Below are positions 50,374 to 57,531 of a stretch of 64,000 nt of DNA, one piece after another. The notes under the pieces were generated by a model. That model was given only the letters and a program-made list of their open reading frames with translations. It was not told the origin of the DNA and made no database searches. This stretch comes from Kangiellaceae bacterium. GTDB lineage: Bacteria; Pseudomonadota; Gammaproteobacteria; Enterobacterales; Kangiellaceae. The translations under genes were made by a program, and so were the position numbers. The DNA lies in contig JBDVOJ010000112.1 in NCBI GenBank assembly GCA_039969155.1, forward strand, positions 3,859-67,858, given 5' to 3'. Positions within the stretch are counted from its first letter, which is position 1. Each line of letters opens with the position of its first letter.

Positions 50374-51786
50374 ATGATATTTAATACACCGATCTTTTTC
50401 TGGTTCTTTTTAATCTTTATGATTTTCTACGGACTAGTGTTTGTTAAACAAAAAGCTAAAGTTTATTTGGTAATAGTTGCCAGCTTGGTTTTTTATGGTG
50501 CGTGGAACTACGCTTTTATTCCGCTTCTGGTGGGCAGTGCGGTTGCTGATTATTTTATCGCTCAAGCAATTGGTAATAGTGATAGCCAACAACATAAAAA
50601 GCGATGGGTCACACTCTCTCTGGTGATTAACCTTGGAATATTGGCAACCTTTAAATATGCCGATTTTGTGCTAGTGTCGGTTGCCGATTTACTTTCAGTG
50701 TTTGGTTATCATGCTTCAATTGATACCTTAGGCTGGGTACTACCTGTTGGCATATCCTTTTACACCTTTCAAAGTTTAAGTTATACCATCGATGTTTATC
50801 GCGGTGATATGAAGCCGAGAAAAGGCCTGTTGGAGTTTGTAGCAGCACTATCTTTTTTCCCACAGTTAGTCGCTGGGCCAATTCTAAGAGCAAGACATAT
50901 CTTGCCCCAAATGCATGCTATATCACTACCTAAGTGGGATGCGGTTAAACATGGTTTTTTATTGATCACTGTAGGGTTACTTAAAAAGACCGGTGCAGAC
51001 TTACTCGCTATCCCTGCCCAAAAAGCGTTTGAAGCACACGAGAATTTGAGCACCTTGGAAATTTGGACTGGGGTTCTTGCATTTGCAGGGCAAATCTATG
51101 GTGACTTTTCAGGTTACACAGACATGGCCATTGGTATCGCCTTGTTACTAGGTTTTAGCATTCCACTCAATTTTAGAGTGCCCTACTTTGCTGTTTCACC
51201 GGTCGACTTTTGGAGACGCTGGCACATATCGCTGTCTAGCTGGTTAAAAGATTACCTTTATATTTCTCTCGGCGGTAATAGAAACAATCATCGAACAAGA
51301 AACGTTTTTATTACCATGCTTCTCGGCGGCTTATGGCACGGCGCCGCTTGGACTTTTGTCGCTTGGGGGGCGTTTCACGGTTTAATCATTACCTTAACTC
51401 ATTATCTTGCGGGCTTAAAAGTATTTGCGGCGTTTAATAGCGGTAACAATAAATTAATCACTATGGTTAAGTGGGCAGCAACTTTTTATCTAATACTGAT
51501 TGGCTGGGTTTTCTTTAGGGCCACCGATATCACTAGCGCAATTCAAATACTATCCGCTATGCATAGTTTTACCAATGATGCAGAATTAGGACGGCATGCT
51601 ATGGCCATTTTCATTATGACCAGTGTCTGGATTTTATTGGTTCATATTATGGATTTCTATGTCATCAAAGGTGCAGATAAGTTAGAGAAAAAACCTTGGT
51701 TGTTTTGGTTTCTTATCATATTAATTCAATCAATATGCATCATGGTAGGGGAACCTAGTAATGAATTCATCTACTTCCAATTTTAG
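50374..51786 (+). CDS. MBOAT-family membrane O-acyltransferase (AlgI/DltB/PatA-like)
   Basis: 470 aa polytopic protein with the conserved His region FWRRWHISLSSWLKDYLYISLGGNR. Confidence 0.88.
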   Translation: MIFNTPIFFWFFLIFMIFYGLVFVKQKAKVYLVIVASLVFYGAWNYAFIPLLVGSAVADYFIAQAIGNSDSQQHKKRWVTLSLVINLGILATFKYADFVLVSVADLLSVFGYHASIDTLGWVLPVGISFYTFQSLSYTIDVYRGDMKPRKGLLEFVAALSFFPQLVAGPILRARHILPQMHAISLPKWDAVKHGFLLITVGLLKKTGADLLAIPAQKAFEAHENLSTLEIWTGVLAFAGQIYGDFSGYTDMAIGIALLLGFSIPLNFRVPYFAVSPVDFWRRWHISLSSWLKDYLYISLGGNRNNHRTRNVFITMLLGGLWHGAAWTFVAWGAFHGLIITLTHYLAGLKVFAAFNSGNNKLITMVKWAATFYLILIGWVFFRATDITSAIQILSAMHSFTNDAELGRHAMAIFIMTSVWILLVHIMDFYVIKGADKLEKKPWLFWFLIILIQSICIMVGEPSNEFIYFQF

Positions 51787-51803
51787 TCACAGGAGCAATC
51801 ACA

Positions 51804-52979
51804 ATGAATGAACGAATGATATATGCAAAAATCCTATTCGCCATCACATTATGTGCTGGTGTGACCGTAGCCATTATGCAGGGATTTATAGCAATTGCAG
51901 ATGCCAAGAACCAAGGCGTGTTTGCACGCACCTCACTCGCAAGAGAAGCGTTGCCTCAAATTGTCAAAGAACCTCATGATCTAGTGATCTTTTATGGATC
52001 ATCAATGACCAGAGCGGGATTCTCTCCAAGACTTTTTGATAGAAAGCTCAATGAAATGGGTAAAAACGTCAAGTCTTTTAACTATGGATTCGGTGGATTA
52101 AATCCCTATTTTCAAGATTTTTTATCACGGCGAATTAAAGATGAGTTTGTTGCCAATGATAAAAAACTAAAACTAGCAATGATTGAGTTTAATCCGTTTC
52201 AAACCACTCAAACACGATGGCAAGGTGCGAAGCCAGTGGTTGACTCCTTTTTGTCGATGCTGGCGAGTGATGAAGAGTTGTTTGAAATTGCCAAGCAAGA
52301 TATTACTCGTGGTACTTTATTGTTCAACATACGCTACATTCGAAATAATATATCTTCTGAAATTATTACTAGTTCCTTTGGAAGAGGAATCTTTCCGCCC
52401 TATCGGTGGCGACAATTTGAAGATACAGAAGAAGTACAACAAGCTCGTCGGGAAATTGGTAGAAAGTTAGGTGAGTTTTTTGAAAAGGATTATCCTGATC
52501 TAGACTACCAAGACTGGATGTATGAATGGCAGGGTGCTGGAACCATTCCAGAGGAACGCTCAGAAGAAACGTTAATAGCATTCGAGGAGTACTACGATTT
52601 AAATCAAACCGATGCACAAATGAAAAATGATCGGTTAAGTCGAATTAGAAGTGCGGATATTGAGGAGCTGAATTTTGAGCCGCTGTTAGTAGAAAGCTTT
52701 ATTCAAATTGTTAAGAACTTCCAGCAATTTTCAGAAAAAGTCGAAGTGATCATGTTACCAAGAAATACCAAGTGGATTACTAATACACCGGAAGGGAAGA
52801 AGCGGTTAGCCTTGGCAATCAATCAAATTGAAGAGGCCACCGGAATTACGATTAGAGACCATCAGGATTTGGATATCATCGATCCAACGATGTTTAGTGA
52901 TACGACTCATTTGGCGAGATATCGTGGTGATGTTCCGTATACCAATTATTTGATTGAGCAGTATGCGAATGATTTATAA
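51804..52979 (+). CDS. membrane-anchored partner of MBOAT, SGNH/DltD-like (putative O-acyltransferase/esterase)
   Basis: 391 aa with an N-terminal TM segment, a Ser block FYGSSMTRAGF and a C-terminal DxxH block (FSDTTHL). It lies immediately downstream of the MBOAT gene. Confidence 0.55.
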   Translation: MNERMIYAKILFAITLCAGVTVAIMQGFIAIADAKNQGVFARTSLAREALPQIVKEPHDLVIFYGSSMTRAGFSPRLFDRKLNEMGKNVKSFNYGFGGLNPYFQDFLSRRIKDEFVANDKKLKLAMIEFNPFQTTQTRWQGAKPVVDSFLSMLASDEELFEIAKQDITRGTLLFNIRYIRNNISSEIITSSFGRGIFPPYRWRQFEDTEEVQQARREIGRKLGEFFEKDYPDLDYQDWMYEWQGAGTIPEERSEETLIAFEEYYDLNQTDAQMKNDRLSRIRSADIEELNFEPLLVESFIQIVKNFQQFSEKVEVIMLPRNTKWITNTPEGKKRLALAINQIEEATGITIRDHQDLDIIDPTMFSDTTHLARYRGDVPYTNYLIEQYANDL

Positions 52980-53128
52980 TCGTTTTGTAGGCTGCGGGTG
53001 ACGAAGGACCCCCAACGAGTTCGGTTGGGGATAAAAAAAGTGTTGACGTATTTTTTTGAAAGAAGAGTTATCAAGGCCAACCTGGGAGATTAATTATCGA
53101 TTGCTACCCAGCGTAGTAATATAGTCAG

Positions 53129-53500
53129 TTAGTACACAAACCATTTTATTTCATAAGGACTCTTAGTCGAGTACAATCCCACATGCTTAGCATATGGTCT
53201 CAATTCAATTTCCTTAGTATTTCGATTCGGTCGTTGACCTTGTATAGTATTGATTTGAGCATAAACATTTCCTTCAAAAATAGAAATGAAGCCAGCATCC
53301 ATTGAATGTTCTACAAAACCAAGGTTCATATACAACCTAACTTGCTTGCCATCACGAATGGCTTGCATTAGTTTTTCTTTCGAACCTTCGATCGCTTTTA
53401 AATCGGCATCTTGGTGAAAGAGTAATTGATAATCATTTTTTTCATTCGCATAACTTGTCATAGTGACAGACATAAGAATTGCACAAAGAATTAGTTTCAA
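53129..53500 (-). CDS. small secreted hypothetical protein
   Basis: 123 aa with a TTG start, AGGAG 7 nt upstream and a signal peptide (MKLILCAILMSVTMTSYA). I recognise no family. Confidence 0.5.
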   Translation of the reverse strand: MKLILCAILMSVTMTSYANEKNDYQLLFHQDADLKAIEGSKEKLMQAIRDGKQVRLYMNLGFVEHSMDAGFISIFEGNVYAQINTIQGQRPNRNTKEIELRPYAKHVGLYSTKSPYEIKWFVY

Positions 53501-53844
53501 AACAGACTCCTGACGAGATGTAATAAATAATATCTGCGAATGATGCGCAGAACCTTATTTCGCAAAGGCGAGAATTCTAGAAGTTAAATCTAACCAGATT
53601 TAGCTTGAATTACAAGGGATCACGGGAACTGGTTTTAAACGCTTTGTGATTTGTCTGCATGAATCCGCGCAATGGGTAGATTTAACTATTAGCCCCTAGT
53701 GTCCAGAGAAAACCGCTAGTCAACAACTTAATTCTAGCTACCTGTCTGCACTCAGACTCTTGAGGAATAACATATGAGGAGCTAGTTCTAAAAAAGCACT
53801 CACCAATCTCTGAAGTAGCTCGGATTACTTTTTGCGAATAACTA

Positions 53845-53872
53845 AGAAACTCCGTTGCTAGGCGGAGTTTCT
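53845..53872 (-). terminator. hairpin after the nuclease gene
   Basis: The stem is AGAAACTCCG-N8-CGGAGTTTCT, followed by a modest T-rich tract (TAGTTATT). Confidence 0.5.
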
Positions 53873-53891
53873 CGAGTTCTTAAGCTGAGAG

Positions 53892-56225
53892 TTACTGATC
53901 TCGTTTTAACTTTAACGTCACAATAATTGGATCATGATCTGATGCTCGATAGGGCGATTCACTATATAGCGAGTCAATCTGTTCATCTGATTTATATTCT
54001 GTATTGTAATCTAGGGCACGCGGCTCATCCGCGTTGATATGCCAAACTTCTGCGTCAAGAATTTGAGAACGCAATTTAGGACTGGCTAACGCATGATCTA
54101 AAGTTCCGGCTTGACCTCTAAATACGTATGAATAACCTTTGTCTGAATATTTCTTTTTCATAAGATTAATCATTCTGTTATCTTCGAGATAACGGATCGG
54201 GTCTTCCATCGCATAGGCATTTAGATCTCCTAAAACAAGCAAATCCTTATCGTCAACTCCCGTTGGCTTTCCAATCAACCAAGCTAATAGCTGTTGAGAA
54301 GCTTCAAGGCGCTTTGCATTCCAACAGCCTTGGCCGTCATTTTGGTCTGCATTTATATCAGTTGAATCGCTTGGACAACTACCTTTTGATTTAAAGTGGT
54401 TTACTGCGACCGTCGAGATGCCATCCGTTGAATGCTCCTTAAAAGATTGGACTAATGGTTGACGGTTATAGAATGAAAATGCATCAGTACTTAAAGTGCT
54501 AGCAACACCTACTTCTTCCACTTTCTCAGAGTCATAAATAATTCCGACGGCAATTTGGTCGCCACCAAGAAACTCCGACTGAGGTTTTACAAAGGTAAAT
54601 TTACGGCCAGTTCTTTGATTAATACCGCTGACTAAATCGGCAATTGCACTTAAGTCAGCATACCCATCGTTTTCAATTTCCATAAGACCAACGATATCCG
54701 CGTCCATAGCAGCAATCGCGTTAATGATTTTTGCTCTTTGCCGAGCAAATTCTTCAGCGCTATCAGCACCTCTAGCTGTTGGAAAACCGGCACCTTGTCC
54801 ATCGCCATTGAAATAGTTCAACACATTGAAACTAGCAACTCTTAACCCTTGATTTTCAAGAGTCGGTTCTAAAGTTCGGTAGTTGGCTTGCTCAAACTCT
54901 GGTGTTTCAGTCGCCTGAATTTGATAGTTACCAAATGCTTCTTGCACTATTCCTGACAACTGCTTTAGTTGATCACCACTACGCACCGTGCGATAGGCAC
55001 TTAGTGCTGGAGTAGGGAAAACGATAGTTTCTGGATTTTGTCGAGTACTGCCGTCATCCAGCAATATTTGATTTAAATCATTTTCAGCCTGCATCTCAAC
55101 TGCAGCATTACCCGGAAGCACAACATTGGTTGGATTAAATAATCGACCATTGGAAAGTAAAAGCTGTCCATAACGACCCAGGTTATAGTTTTCAGAAACT
55201 GTTAGGGTCTGCTCAAACCGAACCTTCATTCCTTCGTACTGCTCCAACTGGTCACTTGAAGAAAGTGGTAAAGTAATACTTTCGCTAGTTACATCAAGAC
55301 CAGTTTGACAAATCACTAGCTGCTCAATTCGGCTTAACTGAGTCATGTTGTTGTATTCGCCGACTTGTCCCAGTAATCTAACTTTGTCCCCATTAGATAC
55401 TTCCACATTAAAGTTATTATCAAATACAAAGAGTCCTTCGGAGGTCTGTTCTTTGTCGTCACGATCGGTATCTTCTTCTTGAATAAAGAAACCTCTTAAG
55501 GCTGAACTACCTTGATAGTCACCTGTAACAATACCTTCGATTTCCACTAACTCCCCGATTAAGTTTGGAGTCGATGACTCACCTTGAATATCGTGGATCA
55601 TGGTTGCTGGCTCATCACATTGGATAACGACTGGCTCTACTGGTTCGTCGACATTGCTTAACAGACCTAGATTAGAAAAATCGTTTGATTCAAATCCTAG
55701 CCATTCGATACTTGGGTCAAAACTGTCATTTGGATTATTATCCGAAAAATCTAATGGTAGAATTCTACGAATCGTATTGTTTTGGGTACTGGTTAGTCCC
55801 TCACCCCATTGGCTTCCTGGGTCAACGCCGATTTGACCTAGACTATCAATAATCACACCAGCATTAGACAAAGTGATCGCATCGTCACCGTTAAACAGTC
55901 CTGCGCCAGAAGTTTGATCGGCAACCGCTAAGATCGCTTCATCGGCGCTGGAATGAGCAAAAACAAACACATCATTTGCTGGGATAACGCCTTGTAAGTC
56001 AATGGTTAAACCCGAATTAGAATTTCCATTGTAATAAATGTCGAGCTGGTAGCCGGTTAAATCAATCTCTAATTCAGATAAGTTGGCAATTTCGATTGCC
56101 TTATTGTTACTACTACCCTCAACATATTCTGATATAAACAAGTTATTAACTTCGGCATTGGCTTGGCTTGCTAACAAAACTGTCAAAACAACTGATAAAG
56201 TTGGTTTTTTCATCACATTCTCCAT
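53892..56225 (-). CDS. ExeM/NucH-type extracellular nuclease (lamin-tail domain + endonuclease/exonuclease/phosphatase domain)
   Basis: 777 aa with a signal peptide and an LTD signature (LFISEYVEGSSNNKAIEIANL). It has a C-terminal EEP fold (VASFNVLNYF..., GLMEIEN, ..SDHDPIIV). Confidence 0.85.
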   Translation of the reverse strand: MENVMKKPTLSVVLTVLLASQANAEVNNLFISEYVEGSSNNKAIEIANLSELEIDLTGYQLDIYYNGNSNSGLTIDLQGVIPANDVFVFAHSSADEAILAVADQTSGAGLFNGDDAITLSNAGVIIDSLGQIGVDPGSQWGEGLTSTQNNTIRRILPLDFSDNNPNDSFDPSIEWLGFESNDFSNLGLLSNVDEPVEPVVIQCDEPATMIHDIQGESSTPNLIGELVEIEGIVTGDYQGSSALRGFFIQEEDTDRDDKEQTSEGLFVFDNNFNVEVSNGDKVRLLGQVGEYNNMTQLSRIEQLVICQTGLDVTSESITLPLSSSDQLEQYEGMKVRFEQTLTVSENYNLGRYGQLLLSNGRLFNPTNVVLPGNAAVEMQAENDLNQILLDDGSTRQNPETIVFPTPALSAYRTVRSGDQLKQLSGIVQEAFGNYQIQATETPEFEQANYRTLEPTLENQGLRVASFNVLNYFNGDGQGAGFPTARGADSAEEFARQRAKIINAIAAMDADIVGLMEIENDGYADLSAIADLVSGINQRTGRKFTFVKPQSEFLGGDQIAVGIIYDSEKVEEVGVASTLSTDAFSFYNRQPLVQSFKEHSTDGISTVAVNHFKSKGSCPSDSTDINADQNDGQGCWNAKRLEASQQLLAWLIGKPTGVDDKDLLVLGDLNAYAMEDPIRYLEDNRMINLMKKKYSDKGYSYVFRGQAGTLDHALASPKLRSQILDAEVWHINADEPRALDYNTEYKSDEQIDSLYSESPYRASDHDPIIVTLKLKRDQ

Positions 56226-56284
56226 AATAGGTTAATCAATGGTCCACCTTAGGTGATCCTGCAGCTGAAGTTTCTAGGACAAAT

Positions 56285-56335
56285 GTAACCGGTTGGTGAC
56301 AGTTTCTTGAAGGTTGTTTGACCGGTTTATGACAA
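56285..56335 (-). promoter_or_regulatory. five phased Pho-box-like 7-mers upstream of the nuclease gene
   Basis: The minus strand reads TTGTCAT-AAAC-CGGTCAA-ACAA-CCTTCAA-GAAA-CTGTCAC-CAAC-CGGTTAC, all on an 11-bp register. Two of the 7-mers are strong. Confidence 0.65.
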
Positions 56336-56365
56336 CCAGACAATTCCGATTTCTTTCTATAGATT

Positions 56366-56635
56366 GTGAAGGATTTTCAATCTTTCTCTGATCAAGTTGA
56401 AGTCATCATATTACCAAGAAATACTAAGTGGATTACTAATACGCAGGAAGGGAAAGTACGATCAACTGATATGATTATGCAAACCGAGCAACCCGCCGGA
56501 ATTACCATTAGAGACCATCAGGATTTGGATATCATCAATCCGACGATGTTCAGTAATACACCCCATTTGGCGAGATATCGAGGAGATGTTCCCTATACCA
56601 ACTGTTTAGTAGAACAATATGCGAATGATTTGTAA
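56366..56635 (+). pseudogene. duplicated 3' fragment of the SGNH/DltD-like gene (51804..52979)
   Basis: The 89 aa are colinear with the last about 90 aa of the 391-aa protein (...VEVI(M/I)LPRNTKWITNT...GITIRDHQDLDII(D/N)PTMFS(D/N)T(T/P)HLARYRGDVPYTN...EQYANDL). The similarity continues about 110 nt past the stop. Confidence 0.8.
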
Positions 56636-56847
56636 TCGTTTTATGGGTTGCGGGTGACGAAGGAACCCCAACGATTTTGGTTGAGGATAAAAATTGGTAT
56701 TGATGTGTTTGTCAGTGGGGAAACTTATCAACATTGGTTCGAATGTATTGAGCGTTTTTTGTTGGGATTATCACCTCCAGCCTAAGCGGTTGATTTGTTG
56801 CCCAACATACCGCGATTCTTCATTTGTTTTTTGTTATGTGCTCTCAA

Positions 56848-56991
56848 CTAATTTACGAAACTTAGATTATATATTATGAGAGTAGGATGTATCCGACATA
56901 AAGAAAACCAGATTATCAAGTTGGCAACATAAAGGATGATTAAAACCCAAGCGACTACTGCAAGAACCGGTTTCTTGATAGGCCTACTCAT
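56848..56991 (-). CDS. 47-aa putative membrane mini-protein (possible fourth cassette ORF)
   Basis: My own translation gives MSRPIKKPVLAVVAWVLIILYVANLIIWFSLCRIHPTLIIYNLSFVN*. It starts 4 nt after the attC-like R' box at 56995-57001. It is too short for the ORF track. Confidence 0.3.
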   Translation of the reverse strand: MSRPIKKPVLAVVAWVLIILYVANLIIWFSLCRIHPTLIIYNLSFVN

Positions 56992-56994
56992 AGC

Positions 56995-57057
56995 GCTTAA
57001 CGATTTACTAAGTCGAATGCGCTTTTCAGCATTTCGAATTCCAGTTTATGGTTATGC
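56995..57057 (-). other. attC-like recombination site (cassette C)
   Basis: The minus strand reads GCATAAC-CAT-AAACTGGAATTCGAAATGC-TGAAAA-GCGCATTCGACTTAGTAAATC-GTTAAGC. R'' and R' are 6/7 complementary, and the gene-proximal arm is 3 nt longer. R'' is 6/7 complementary to the cassette start GTTATGT. Confidence 0.55.
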
Positions 57058-57080
57058 ATTTTTGCTAAGAACATAATGCC

Positions 57081-57529
57081 TCACTCGTACATAGTCATTG
57101 TGATGTCACCATGAATGGTATGAACCGCCCATCCTTCTTCTTTAGTGAGATCCAATTCTTTTGCATCTTGACTGTACACAAAGACTTCAAAGTCTTGACG
57201 GCCTGGGTTAAGTTCGAATTCACATTTTGCTGAAACTAATAGCTCATCAGAAAACGTGGCATTTGATGCTTTATCGCATGTTTCACCGTTGAACTTAACT
57301 TCAATTCCCACTTCACTCTTAAATTTTTTGTATAGCTCTGAGGAAGCATTTGCCGTGAATAATACTCTACCACCTTTTTCAAAGTTGATATAAGTATCAT
57401 ATGTCCTTTCGAATCCTCCCATAGAATAACCTTCAGTCCAAGTGTCCGAATTACAGCCAGAAACAAATACAGAGAGAGCTATAAGCTTTAAAGTTAGGGA
57501 TAGTTTCATAATGTATTTATGCATAGACA
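57081..57529 (-). CDS. small lipoprotein (cassette-borne), unknown function
   Basis: It has a lipobox (VFVSGCNS). The track start at 57542 (GTG) lies inside the IS terminal repeat. The ATG at 57529 (MSMHKYIMKL...) is the first start outside the IS. Confidence 0.6.
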
Positions 57530-57531
57530 TA

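Noticed and set aside
53010-53032. CCCCAAC-N7-GTTGGGG hairpin (and copy at 56667-56689) as an attC site or terminator
   Set aside because: At 21 nt it is far too short for an attC, and it has no L boxes. On the plus strand it is followed by an A-run, and on the minus strand the T-run precedes the stem, so it does not look like a canonical intrinsic terminator either. I left it as an unexplained conserved hairpin inside the duplication.
56746-56847. Fourth attC after the 47-aa ORF (GCACATAAC ... GTTGGGC)
   Set aside because: The candidate R'' and R' are only ~39 nt apart with no palindromic L arms. The R'' is not complementary to that cassette's start (GTTAAGC). It is probably a degenerate end of the array.
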